Shown here piece after piece: positions 37,645 through 50,606 of a stretch of DNA of 64,000 nt (the first letter of the stretch is position 1; every line of letters starts with the position of its first letter). The DNA is from Octopus sinensis (taxonomy: Eukaryota): contig NC_042998.1 in NCBI RefSeq assembly GCF_006345805.1, positions 136,090,001 through 136,154,000 on the forward strand, in the 5' to 3' direction. The translations under genes were made by a program, and so were the position numbers. The notes beneath the pieces are model-generated. The model had not been told where the DNA came from. It worked only from the letters and a program-made list of their open reading frames with translations, and searched no databases.

Positions 37645-38267
37645 CTCGTTCACAATCCTCCTCCACCTCCTACGATCAATAGCTATCCCTTCCCATGTGT
37701 CAGGAGAGATGCAAGCATCTCTCAAGGAAGCCTTCAGCAAGTTCTTATACCTCTTTTTTGGTTTATGTGGAGGTCGTTCTCCTTTAGCTAACTCTCCATA
37801 AAATTCCTGTCAAAATCTTGAGTTGCACATGAGAAAGTAAGGAGGGATGTCAGGAAGGGCATCGCTGTTACACTTCCAGATGGGAAGGGTCTTTCTTTGA
37901 TGCTGACATGCAATGTCTGTGCAAGACCCTGCCTCAGTAAAGCTGGTCTCAAGAGTCATCTTCATAGTCATAAAGCGAGACAGATGAGTGACAACCTGGC
38001 CACAGGTGGTGGTGTAACACACAATACTAATCATATCTGTCGGGCATGTGGAAGAGAGTGTAATTTAGCAGGAGGACTTAAATGACATGCAAAGGTACAT
38101 GAAGCCCAGTTACAACTACAGCCAGCTATTACCGGTAAATGTTTTAGTTGCCAATTCTGTACAAGACATTGTAGATCTTTAGCTGGGCTAAAAAGTCACA
38201 TTCGATCACAGCACCAGTAACAGTTAAGCTTTGTGCAATGGCCATACTCGATAACGAGGGGACAGCC
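37645..38267 (+). mobile_element. 5'-inverted (twin-primed) RTE insertion with three C-terminal C2H2 fingers
   Basis: 37645-37819 minus strand reads QEFYGELAKGERPPHKPKKRYKNLLKASL..WEGIAIDRRRWRRIVNE; 37820-38267 plus strand continues VAHEKVRR..CNVC..H..H, CRAC..H..H, CQFC..H..H*, then RTE stem-loop CTCG[ATAA]CGAG and (ATGT)n. Confidence 0.9.
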
Positions 38268-38321
38268 ATAATGTATGTATGTATGTATGTATGTATGTAT
38301 GTATGTATGTATGAATGTATG

Positions 38322-38380
<59 letters not shown>

Positions 38381-38899
38381 ATATATATATATATAAAACC
38401 ATCACTTTTGTAAATTTCTGTATATATATATACAGAAATTTACAAAAGTGATGGTTTTTCTCTTATCAACAAAGCTAGGTATATAATTTAGGCACTTCCC
38501 TATCAGGGTACTTGAAAATGATCAAACAATGTTACAGACAGAGTAAACATTAAAGTTGTGTAAACTGCTGTGCCATAAGATGAAGTACAGTTCAATGCTT
38601 CAGGCAGTGTCCTTTGTTAGAGGAGAAAATCAATATCAGAGATAAAGATTGCCTGGTGCAAGGTTAGCTCTGATCATTTAGCCCAAAGATTAAAATTATT
38701 TCAGTTATGACCATCAACATTTTGCAATATTCTCAAAAATTGGAGATGCTTGTAGCATTTGATATTAGAGCCAGAGCGGGCTCTAGGGTTGCTGGCATAC
38801 CGGGCAAGCTGAACTTCAGTGTGTACAAGCTGTCGGTTTTGGAAATTTCCTTGTCTTTGTCACGCCCTTCTTGGCGCATCCTAGCACATGGTGCCAGAG

Positions 38900-39245
38900 C
38901 CTTGAGCCAGCTCTGATTGGAGAGATAAATAGCTATTGACAGCCATATTCTTTGTCTGGTCAACAATGTTTCCTCAATAAACTACCAGATACGAACATTT
39001 ATTCTGATTAAACCTATCTTGCAAAAATGTAACTGCTGCTAACTGTCTTTTAATTTCATGAGTATTATGTAAATATAGCTTGAGGTCATCAAAAAAAACA
39101 ATGTAAGAAATTTTTCTCTCTTCTTCAAAACCCAACATGTAGCCTTAACATTTCCTCGACAAAACTGACAAAGGGCTCGCTGCCAGAAGGAATAGCAGTA
39201 GAGACATGAACAAGCTATTACTTGGGATATTCCTGTCAAAAACTT
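38900..39245 (-). mobile_element. Old R4/Dong-like reverse transcriptase fragment
   Basis: With frameshifts: GISQ.NSL..LLF....SPLS..GY....ISYIVFFDDLKLY..N..K.QL..VT..NKCSYL, the RT motif set of R4-clade elements. Confidence 0.6.
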
Positions 39246-39469
39246 AGTTCTGTTCTATTGATAGTTGTGTGGAACCATGTTGCTTCCCGTCTGTTTTTCA
39301 ATGGGTAGTATATAGTAGATGGAATCTTGTAATCTAGTATCTAAGGGTGATGGGCAGAATAAAAAAAAAACCTTATAATTAAACAATACTTTCAGTAGAC
39401 TTAAGTGATTCTGCTTCATATTGTTAAGGAAAATTTTGTTGTATTTGTGCATGAACTATGTGTGTGTGT

Positions 39470-40318
39470 GTCATTTTTTAGTTTTATTTCAAGATTTCTT
39501 GCCAATAGAAGAAAAGCCAGTTTCTAACATAGATCTAAGGCTCCTTCATTGGAATTTCAACATTAACAACAAGGTATGTATGTATATATGCATACATGTA
39601 TGTATCTATATGTGCAGATTTGTATGTTTTGTATTATGTATGTATTCTCATTCATATACTTGCATGTCTAGACATGCTCATATATACTTAAATGATAAAC
39701 TTCTGGAAAGCTTTACAGATTTTCACAGTTCCAGTGATGAATTGAATCTGTAGTCTTCAAATCAGCTTTCTCCTTTTTGGTTTTGAGAAGCCTAATTTCT
39801 CAAGATTGCTATTTAGGCAGTGTGTTACATATCCCAGTTCCCCAATAATTACAGGTATAAACCTGAACATGTAATCTGGATAGAGTAACTGCAGATTTCT
39901 CAATAGTTCACTGATCTTCAGCTTTACGTTAACATCTGCTGGGCAGCTGATTTCCAGAACTCTATACAGTTTCCCTTCTCTATCCCAAATCCTTATATCA
40001 GGTCTCTTGTATTTACATTTTATTGAGGTTCTCACTGGGACATACCACCAATACACCTTTTTATTATAACTGGCTAAGGCTTCTGCCATGCTGTCAGTTT
40101 TTATTTCTTTGTCCTCAAGGTTATCCTTTTGATAGATATCGTTATACAGTGTCCTAGCTACGACATCATATCTCGTCAGTAGATAATACTCTGATGATAT
40201 TTTTGGACAACTGCTTATGTTGTGGCTGATATCTTTGGTATTATCTCCACAAAGTCTGTATTGTTTGTCACATTTTGCTGCTTTTCCTGCATTTCTGTCC
40301 CCTTACTGCTTCTCCTGC
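39470..40318 (-). mobile_element. R4/Dong-like RLE retrotransposon, 5'-truncated (copy 2)
   Basis: Zinc knuckle KCDKQYRLCGDNTKDISHNISSCPKISSEYYLLTRYDVV, then RPDIRIWD..LEISCPADVNVKLK..PVIIGELGYV (PD-(D/E)xK-type RLE), then 3'UTR. Confidence 0.9.
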
Positions 40319-40345
40319 ATGTATGTATCCATACCTGCATGCATG

Positions 40346-40379
<34 letters not shown>

Positions 40380-40575
40380 TGTATGTATGTATGTATGTAT
40401 GTATGTATGTATGTAGGTGGGTAGGTAGCTAGGCAGGTAAATAGGTTGGGAAGGAAGGAGAGGTAGGTAGATAAGTAGATAGATAGGGTGGTAGAAAGAT
40501 ATGTAAGTGGCTAGATAGACAAGTATATTATTTTGGTAGGTAGATATGTAAGTAATAGATAAATAGGTAGATATC

Positions 40576-40606
<31 letters not shown>

Positions 40607-40608
<2 letters not shown>

Positions 40609-40926
40609 GAGGGCGCGTGGCTTAGTGGTTAGGGCATTCGGCTCATGATCGTGAGGTTGTGAGTTCGATTCCCGGCGACGCGTTGTGTCCTTGAGCAAGA
40701 CACTTTATTTCACGTTGCTCCAGTCCACTCAGCTGGCAAAAATGAGTTGTACTTGTATTTCAAAGGGTCAGCCTTGTCACTCTCTGTGTCACGCTGATTA
40801 TCCCCGAGAACTACGTTAAGGGTACACGTGTCTGTGGAATGCTCAGCCATTTGCACGTTAATTTCACGAGCAAGCTGTTCCGTTGATCGTATCAGCTGGG
40901 ACCCTCGTCGTCGTAACCGGCGGAGT
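40607..40926 (+). mobile_element. Full-length tRNA-derived SINE family C
   Basis: A box TGGCTTAGTGG, B box GAGTTCGATTC, ttgtgtccttgagcaagacac core; CpG-rich, so relatively young. Confidence 0.9.
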
Positions 40927-41889
40927 AAGAGAGAAGAATGTATGTATGTATGTATGTAGGGAAGTTGGTAGGTGGGTAGGTAGGTAGGTAGGTATGTATG
41001 TAGGTAGGTAGGTAGGTGGGTAGGTAGGTAGGTTAGGTAGGTAAGTAGATGTGTAGGAAATTAGGCAGGTGGTCTTATATATATAGGTAGATAAGTAGGT
41101 ATGTGTGAAGGTAGGCAGGTAGACATGAAGGAGGAAGTTAGGTAGATATAGGCAGGTAGGTTGGTAGATGAAGAATAAAGTTAAATACATGAATATGAAG
41201 GCAAGTAGAGTAGTAATAGATTGTTTTATTTGAAACTACTCTTATTTGATTGTAAACCTAGACATAGATTGTGGCAGAAAGCTGGCTAAAAGGTCAAGTG
41301 AAATTTTCTGACCTTTAATTGGCTACAGGTCATATAACTCACCTTGTCCTGAAATCACTGGAAAATGTCAAGTACATTGTTAGATGGCAACACAGACAAG
41401 AATTACAATAACAACAACAACAACAACAACAACACCAATAAGAGCAATAGTAGTAACAGCAGCAGCAGCAGCAACAGTGGCATCGACTGCAGCAATCGCT
41501 GCAGCAATGATAATGAAGTGAATTGTGTTATGGACAATAGTTATATTTAGATGGAATTGTCGTAAAAGTGGTAGATGATGGTGGTTTTTATTTAGAAGAA
41601 TGGAGTGGGGGAAAAATAGTGGGTGGTGGTGGTGGTAGTGTTTAACCCTGTGTTAACATTGATCAAACAGACCTATAATCGAAGACATTCCTGCCATGGA
41701 TATCTTGTCTTTTCTAAAGATACATATGGCAGGATGCAATCTGAGGTAGATTTAGCTATTCTTTTTTGGCAGGTCAAGCACAACCACATAGTGGCTTACT
41801 GGTGGTTTTCATGGTGAACTGCTATGTCATAGAGATGTAAACACACCAACACTAGTCATCAAGTAGTGGTGGGGGAGCAAACACAGACA

Positions 41890-42672
41890 GGCACAAAGGG
41901 ATGACAGGCAGAGTCAACCTTGGTGAAATTTGAACCCAGAACTTAAAGATGGATGAAATTCTGCTAAACATTTTGAACAGCATACTAATGATTCTGCTAG
42001 CTCTAATAATCCTTTCTACTATAGGCACAAGGCCTGAAATTTTTGGGTGATTAGTCGATTACATCGACCCCCTCAAAAGACTGAAAGGCAAAGCTGACCT
42101 CTGTAGCATTCAAACTCAGAACATAAAGACAGGCAAAATGCCACCAAGCATTTTACCCAGCATGCTAACAATTCTGCCAGATTGCTGCCTTCTCTCCCAG
42201 CTCTAATAATTCTTTCTTCTAAAGGCACAAGGCCTGAAATTTGGGGGAGGGGATAGTCAATTACATTGATCCCCAGTACTCAACTGGTATTTATTTTATT
42301 GCCTCTGAAAGCATGAAGGCAAAGTCAACCTTGGCAGCATTTGAACACAGAATGTAAAGACAAATGAAATACTGCAAAGCATTTTGCCCGGCGTGCTAAC
42401 AATTCTGCCAGCTTATCACCTTCTCTTCCAGCTCTAATAATCCTTTCTACTAAAGGCACAAGGCCTGAAATTTTGAAGGAGGGGACTAGTTGATTACATT
42501 GACCCCTGTGTTTCACTGATACTTATTTTACTGACCCTGAAAGGATGAAAGGCAAAGTCAACCTCAGCAGAATTTGAACTCAGATCATAAAGACGGATGA
42601 AATGCCGCTAAACATTTTGCTCGGCATGCTTACAATTCTGTCAATTAGCCACTTTCTCTTCAGCTCTAATAA
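41890..42672 (-). mobile_element. Four head-to-tail SINE family B copies separated by a constant linker
   Basis: Linker cttctc(t/c)ccagctctaataat recurs at about 41998, 42190, 42420, 42655. Confidence 0.85.
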
Positions 42673-43231
42673 TAACAACAAATTAATTGCCATCTAATAG
42701 TTTACCAAAATTCTTGGTAAATAATATTCCTAAATTTGTCACCATTAGGTTTGTTTTTTGCAATAGTATCAGAATTAACCCATTTCTTGTTACATTCCAG
42801 CCTCACTTTTGTATTCATTACAGAAAATCCCTATGCTTTCTATATTAAGCCATTGATATAACAATGTTTGTATAGTTTCCAGGGATAGAAAATTAAACAC
42901 AATCACTCTGAAATCTATATATAGTGAAGTTAATCAGCACCAAGAAGCTTGTTCTTTCACAAGCATGTATCCTGTTGTTGTTGCTGGACATCAAATCCAA
43001 ATTGTCTACTTTAAATCTCATCAAGGGAAAAAAAAATTTGAACTGTTACAAACACACTCTGATTACAAAAGAAAACACATTAGGATGTCATTGTTGGTCT
43101 GGCTTTGACTTTAATACATTTAAGATATTGAATGGGTTTTTTTGTGAAACATTCAGGGTTGCACCTTTCAGATAAAGAAGAAAGGGAGATAGTGAGAAAA
43201 GTTATATATGTGTGTATGTAGGTCGAATATA

Positions 43232-43779
43232 TGAGGGTGAGTCAAAAATTAATGTCATTTTGTTTAAGACAGGTATAATTACCAACACAGGAACATGTAT
43301 CATACATCAAAATGAAGCTGGTCCTCTGTGGGTCGCATCCCTACTTCTCAACATAGTCACCATTTCTCTCAATAACAATGTTCCACCTTCAAATGAGAGC
43401 ATGTTTCCCAGCCCCATAAAATTCTGTTGACTGTTCTTTGAGCCACTTCTTCATTACCTCCACACTCACCAGATTTAGCGTCTTCAGACTATCATCTCTT
43501 CGGCACCATAAAAGAGGATTTGAGAGGTAAACATTTCAGTGACGAGGAAGTGAAAACTGTATTGAAGAAGTGGCTCAAAGAACAGTTAATAGAATTTTAT
43601 GGGGCAGGGATACATGCTCTCATTTGAAGGTGGAACATTGCAATTGAGAGAAACTGTGACTATATTAAGTAGGGATGTAATCCACAGAGGACCAGCTTCA
43701 TTTCGATATATGATACATGTTCCTGTATTGGTAATTATATCTGTCCTAAACAAAATGGCATTACTTTTTGATACCCTCA
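43232..43779. mobile_element. Mariner-derived palindromic MITE made of two inverted 3' ends
   Basis: TA|TGAGGG...CCCTCA|TA; arms 43232-43453 and 43563-43779; plus strand encodes PHSPDLASSDYHLFGTIKEDLRGKHF..WLKEQ..FYGAGIHAL. Confidence 0.9.
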
Positions 43780-44462
43780 TACTTTGTCCAACCCATGCCA
43801 GTTATGGAACATAGATGTTAAATGATGATGCTGAGGATATATAGTGAGTGTACCTCACTGCTGCTGGTGCCATATAAAATGTACTCATTGCAGTTTGTAA
43901 TGTTGTTGGCTTTAGGTAGGGTATCAGGCCACAAAAACCATGCTAAAATAGACAACAGAGCCTTGTACAGTGTTCTGACTTGCCAACTTCTGTCAAATCG
44001 TTCAACCTATAATGGCATGGAAAAAATGATGATGATGTTTATGACCTTGATGATATGTGAGTACATAAGTAAGCACATATGTGCAAAACTAAGTGGAGAA
44101 AATTGCACTTGGATATTATCACAACTATCTGACAAACAATTACAAGAAACTCTGAGGAACAGCTCATTACATTTTTTGCAACTTTAACAAAATAGTATAT
44201 ATATATATATATACATAATTAAATTAAAATCCAGAAAATGGATTTGAATATTTATAAACAGCGTTTTATACTTAAACCTATTATTTTAGTAATATTACTT
44301 ATTCACAACAAAATATTAGGTAACAAACCAGTAATTCATTGGATATTTTCTATCCTATAAGGTGGTTATTTTAACTTCTATTTAAATTTATATATATATT
44401 TTATATTTATATATATGTATCTATATATATACATATATATATGTATATATATATATACACAT

Positions 44463-44507
<45 letters not shown>

Positions 44508-45881
44508 CATATAGACATACATATTTATGTGTGTATATATATATAGTAAATAAAAAAAAACAAGTACAAGCACAAAAACAGCAATGCAAGGGCATAGTAC
44601 ATGTAAAGTATTAACGGAAACAGAGGAAAGTCCAATAGAAAAAGATGGAGAAAAACAAATTGGCAACAATTCACATGTGGTTACGGATCCAGCTCTTTAT
44701 GTCTAGGGTTCGAATATTTCCATCGCTTGCTTGGGTAGTAGACTCAAGCCATCAGTCAGTTTAACACCTCCACCCAAAACCTTGGATGCCTTTAGTTGAG
44801 TTCACTCTGTTACAAGCACTAAGACCAGGTTTTTGGTTCAAAGATACTTTTCTCCCTCCATCCCTTTCACCTTTCTTGAAGGCCTTGTGGAAGATCCTGA
44901 GTACTGTCGTCTCTCCTGGCTAATAGACAAAAAAAAAATGAAAAAAAAAAAAAATAACTAACTGCCATTTAAGAAAAATGAAGGTCATATTGAATGTATT
45001 ATGTTTGAAAATAAGAGTAGGTGGTCATGGTTGAAACCCCTTTGATCATAGTTCTACTTGATGAGGGTTAACCTGAAGCTAGACATCATCAGTATCCTTG
45101 TATAAATGTAAATAAATTCACATACAAATATAGACTACTGAATGTTATTTGTTTTTCTTTTTAGAAGAATAAATAAATTCTCCCATTTTAACATAACAAG
45201 CTCGAGGACATCTATCATCTAATGTGAATGTTTTTTTTTTCTTAAAACATAACATAGAAATGGCTAATTCTTTTGTAAATACAATTTTTCTTAATATTTA
45301 ATTCTCTTTTAATTTCCCTACATATTTTAATTATAATTATCCTAATAAAAAAAAAAAAGAGAGAGAGTTTTACTCAAAATTTTGATAATACACTCTTAGT
45401 TGCAAAGATGGTAGTTGATTCTGATATTAGCACAACTACACAAAATAAAAGCAATTCAGTTGACCATATTCTTTGCGTGGGCAAGAGTTTACCTTTTCTC
45501 CATCTGTTGCTGTTTCCTTGTTGTCATGGAATAATGTGTAGGTGGTTAGCCAAGCACAGCTAATTTATTATGGCTGTACGATTATTAGAAGCTAGCAAAT
45601 GCTTGACAGCGCCATTCTTTTAGAAGATATAAATTTATATAGCCTGCACATTAGATTATGATTGAGATACCATTTGGTTTACTGCTGAGAAGAATCTATA
45701 TAATATTGTTAAAAGGATAAAGTAACCAAATTCATAAAAGAAGACATAAGCCATTTAGATTAAACCATTATTTTGCTTTAAATTACAGTGATTGTATAAG
45801 AATTTAACATTAAAATGTTTGAAACAAGTTGTTATTAAGATTATAATTTTTCAGAGAGGCACTTTGTCAGAAATTTAAAGT

Positions 45882-46283
45882 AGGCGCAGGAGTAGCTGTG
45901 TGGTAAGTAGCTTGCTTACCAACCACATGGTTCCAGTTTCAGTCCCACTGTGTGGCACATTGGTCAAGTGTCTTCTACTATAGTTTTGGGCCGATCAGAG
46001 CCTTCTGAGTGGATTTGGTAAACGAAAACTGAAAGAAACCCGTCGTATATATGTATATGTGTATATATGTGTGTGTGTTTGTGTGTCTGTGTTTGTCCCC
46101 CCCCCCCAACATCACTTGACAACCGATGCTGGTGTGTTTATGTCCCCATAACTTAGCAGTTCAACAAAAGAGACTGATAGAATAAGTACTAGGCTTACAA
46201 AGAATAAATCCTGGGGTCAATTTCTTCGACTAAAGGTGGTGCTCCAGCATGGCTGCAGTCAAATGACTGAAACAAGTAAAAGA
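45882..46283 (+). mobile_element. Full-length SINE family A (reference copy)
   Basis: tRNA-like head, ttggtcaagtgtcttctactatag core, internal (TG)n, tail ggtgctccagcatggctgcagtcaaatgactgaaacaagtaaaaga. Confidence 0.9.
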
Positions 46284-47458
46284 GTAGTATTAGTTGAGGC
46301 ATTTGAAGATAAGGAAGAAGGAATAAAGATGTATAGCACAGAGGTCAAATGGAAGTTCCTGCAGGTTAGTACAGGGATTCATGTTGTTCTACAGGCAACA
46401 GACCAAATCTGTGATTGATGCTAGGTTCTGACCTAACAGAGGGTGATGTGGTGGTGAAATGGTGAGGTAGAAAGTATCATAAATGTGAAGAGATAGGTTC
46501 TCAACACCTAGTGTGAAGTCACCTCTGTCAGTCTTGCAAGCTACACAATGACATTACCAAAGCTTGAGTTTCATAAAAAAAGAAAAAATTAAGCCACATA
46601 AAATATTTTGTAAGCAATTATGTGTATAAATACAAACTTGTTACTAGTTCAAATATCAAATATGCTTAAGACATGTTCGAACCTATGAGAAAGCCTTTCT
46701 CCATGACAAAACACAGTGAAAGGTTTTCATATGGGATCAAATACACCTCAAGCTTATTTGAAGAGGTAACAAGTTTGTATCTATTTTGTAAAGTGGTTAG
46801 GAATGACATCCAAGCATTGAAGCATGACACAGTCCTTCCACTTGTCAGACCCAGTTGCACTATCATCCAACCCATGCTAGTGTGGAAGATAAATGTTAAA
46901 TGATAAGGATAATGACTATCAACTTAATTTTTAAACGTGTATAGTTACACTATTTATAACTACACAACTTAATCTTTCTTAGGTATTGTATTCCTAACTG
47001 TATACACTATCTCCAACTGGTTTCAAATGGGAGACTTATATTTCTAGTTCTTAACTACCTTCAGTTTAGAAATAAAGGGTGTAGGCATGGCTATGTGATT
47101 AAGAAGTTCACTCCTCACATGATTTCTTGGGTTCGGTTCCACTACACATTACCTTGGGAAAATGTCTACTAAACCACCTTGTGAATAGAATGGGTAGATG
47201 GAAACTGAAAGGGGTCTATAGTGTGTGTGTGTGAAATTGCTGAGCTATAATCAATGATATATTCTTGTCATTTTTCCCTGTCAATGACTTATTTGCTGGC
47301 TTTGTGCTTTTGAAGATGTATGAATAAGAGAATTCTTATTTGAAAACCAGGTAAGCATTAACAGCTACAAAAGCATCTAGCTGGAAAGCAATGTCTCAAT
47401 AATGAATTCATCTAATACAAGCTAGCACGGAAAAACAGACCTAAAAAGGAAGAATGTG

Positions 47459-47489
<31 letters not shown>

Positions 47490-48033
47490 TGTGTGTATAA
47501 AACAAGCAAACTAGACATAGAGATTTTCTTATATATATAAATGTATATATATATACATATATATATATTTATATGTTTTCAGGATTAAACAAAAAGCACG
47601 CAACAAATGGAAAACTTGCTTGACATACCTATATATATATATATATATATATAGACTCACAGTCTTTATTATGTTGCTTGTATTTTTCATAAGGATAAAT
47701 ATGAATATCCGAAATTATTCTCTGCTATTTCCTTTATCAAGTCCTCTGAAATGATAATTTTTTTGTTTTTACCTCTTGCACTGAGGAGAACAGTGATATA
47801 TAATTAATTTAATTTAATCAAATTAATTTAGTTATTCTACAATGAATTTGCATGTTTTAATATCGCTGTTTGAAATGATTCTATGCATGAATTAATATTC
47901 TTTCAAATTCTAACATCTTCCCTTTTCCATTTTTAACAAATTTGTTGAGTTTTATGGGATACCTTTCCATAAATTCACATAACACACCAAACACACACAC
48001 ACACACACATATATATGTATATATATATATATA

Positions 48034-48935
48034 CTAGCTTACGGTGACCCGCTCTACGCGCGGGTAAGAGTGTGGTTGTTACTTTCTGTTGCTTCCTTTC
48101 TGTTGTTTATCACCACATTCTCCCTCTTTGTTTCCCTCTCCTTTCTCTCTCCCTTTCCCACTCTCTTACTCTTCTTTTCTCTCGGACTCTCCCTCGCTTT
48201 CTCTTACTCTCTATCTTTCTCTATCTATCTCTCTCCCATTTATCTCTCAAAAGATGTTGAGTAAGTTGAGAAATAAAATATTTTGAAAGATCAATCATAA
48301 ATATCAGGTAGTGACAACGGAAAGGTCTGCTTCAAGGCAAACAGCAAAACACTAACATTTAAAAGGGACAGACGAACTTGCGACCTGAATAAAAATTTAA
48401 AAAAATATTGGAAACCAAAGTTTGAAGGGATAGAATCTGATGATAGTAAAGTCACTATGGGTGGCATTTCTTAACGATGGACAGCAACATAGTGGCAGTT
48501 TAACGGCTGGCATAAAGTTTTGAACTTGATGCAAAAGAAAATTCCTAAACACCAAGCTTTGAAGTGATTCTTTCTCATGACAGTAGACTCACCATGGCAA
48601 GCATTCAAAACTTCTTCATCATGGACGGCAACACATTGACGATTTAAAGGCTGGCACAAATTTTTTAGCTTGATGTAACAGAGAATTCCTAAACACCCGC
48701 TCCTGTAAATTTTAATCCCCTTCAAGCCCCATTTAGACCTCTTTTCACATTTTGGTTAATATAACCCGATTTCATTCGGGTCTACTTGGGCCACATTTTA
48801 TAAGATGAGGAATTTTGTCCTAGAGGTCACGCCTTTCATTTGAGGAAAAAAATAGTTGCCATGCAAACTTGCCAGCACTTTTAACATAGGTGTGTATATT
48901 TTCAGCACAACCGACCACGTAATGCACACATTATA
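48034..48935 (-). mobile_element. Non-autonomous Helitron
   Basis: Minus-strand 3' end: hairpin ACCCGC[GCGTAGA]GCGGGT (48047-48065), then CTAG|T (48034-48037); internal duplicated ~150-bp unit at 48470-48700; 5' end lost in (TA)n. Confidence 0.7.
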
Positions 48936-49248
48936 TATATATATATTATATATATATATATATATATGCATTCATAGAGAGAATTATCATCGCCACCACA
49001 GACTGAGTGCAGATATGAGCAGCATAAGGGAACCGGTATTAAGGAAGGATAGAAAAATATTAGATTTATAAGCCCTAAAATTCACTCCATAACTGCCCAT
49101 GGGCATATGGCATAGTGGTTAAGAGCGCCGGCTACTAAACCCAAGATTCCGAGTTTGATTCCAAGCAGTGACCTATATAATAATAATATTAATAATAACA
49201 TCAAAAAATACCTTAGGAATGAGAACACAGGTTCAAAATTTCCCCAAG

Positions 49249-49292
49249 ACACCTGAAGAAGGCTGGAGGATATATCAAGCAAAAAGTTGTGT
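49249..49292 (+). ncRNA. Decayed minimal hammerhead-like motif
   Basis: ACAC-CTGAAGA-A-GGCTG...CAAGC-AAAA-AG-TT-GTGT; stem I ACAC/GTGT intact, stem II and GAAA degraded. Confidence 0.45.
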
Positions 49293-49554
49293 TAACAACA
49301 AGCAAGATGAGGACAAATATCCATCGTATGTAAATAAGGTACATAATTCCTCATCTCTTAAATATAGAACTGAAGTCGATCCAAGTACTTATCTTTAAGT
49401 CTGGTACTTATTCTATATCGTTCTCTTTTGCCAAAGTGCTAGTAAACAAACTGATACCAGTTATCAAGCAGTGGTGAAGAACTAACACAAACACACACAC
49501 TAATAATGGTGACATTATTCTTATACATGTATAATGTATATACATACACACACT

Positions 49555-49945
49555 TGGCAGTGAGCTGGCAGAAACATTAGTATGCTAAGTGAAATGCTTA
49601 GCAGTATTTCGTCTGCTGTTACGTTGTGAGTTCAAATTCTGCCAAGGTCGACTTTGCCTTTCATCCTTTCGGGGTCGATAAATTAAGTACCAGTTACGCA
49701 CTGGGGTCGATGTAATTGACTTAATACCTATGTCTGTCCTTGTTTGTCCACTCTATGTTTAGCCCCTTGTGGGTATTAAAGAAATAGGTATTTTGTCTGT
49801 CTTTACGTTCTGAGTTCAAATTCAGCCAAGGTTGACTTTGCCTTTCATCCTTTTGGGGTCAATAAATTAAATACCAGTCGCATACTGGAATCAATCTAAT
49901 CAACTGGCCCCCTCCCCAAAAATTTCGGGCCTTATGCCCAGAGAA
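49555..49945 (+). mobile_element. SINE family B dimer
   Basis: Monomer with ccttgtggg..taaagaaata tail followed by a 5'-clipped monomer with cgggccttatgcc tail; same order as 23598-24013. Confidence 0.85.
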
Positions 49946-50371
49946 GAACAGTTTCTGTCGATCAAATTCACTCAGAAGGCATTGATTAGCCAAGGGCTAT
50001 AATAGTAGAATAGACTTGCCCAAGTATCAGAGAGTGGGGACTGAACCCAAAACCTCATGGTTGTGAAGCAAGCTTCTTAACCATACAGCCATGCCTACAC
50101 CCATAAGCCTGTCTAAAAAAAGAAGAAATAGAAATGGTTGAAGCTGGATCATCAGTTATAATTTTGCTTTATTAAAGTTTACCTTGTAAAACATCAACCA
50201 ACCAACCAACCAACCAGCCAACCCACCAACCAGCTGCACTTAAATGCTCACTTGGCTGGTTTATAACCATTCATTCCTCTATCCGTTATATAAAAGACTA
50301 CATGAACATACCCACATCAATACAAAATGTTATTTATGAATGTTTGAAAACTGAAAGTATATAGTACTTAT

Positions 50372-50606
50372 CCCTTTTGATGTCAACTCTCTCCCCTCTA
50401 CCCAAATGCTTGTTCTATGATACAAACTTCCTGTTTTAAAGTATTCAACATTAAAATCTTCCATCAGAATTTCATGTTTATTTTTGTTCCAAACATTAGC
50501 TTTATAAGGAAAAATTTATTTCACTAAATTCTTCATTCTTTTCAAAATCAATTGAAACATGAAACATAAGGCAGTGTATTTCAACAGAAATATGGTTAAC
50601 AAAAGA
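50372..50606. mobile_element. piggyBac-like MITE, copy 2
   Basis: ttat|cccttttgat...gatacaaactt..ccatca.aatttcatgtt..atatggttaacaaaag, collinear with 16812-17031. Confidence 0.5.

Noticed and set aside
38707-38966. Overlapping 69-aa (+) and 77-aa (-) ORFs as a host exon
   Set aside because: No recognisable domain; adjacent to and probably part of the decayed R4-like RT relic
40607-40690. tRNA genes at SINE heads (also 12683, 28692, 49100, 62760)
   Set aside because: A and B boxes are present, but there is no complete acceptor stem or cloverleaf and the sequence continues into SINE body
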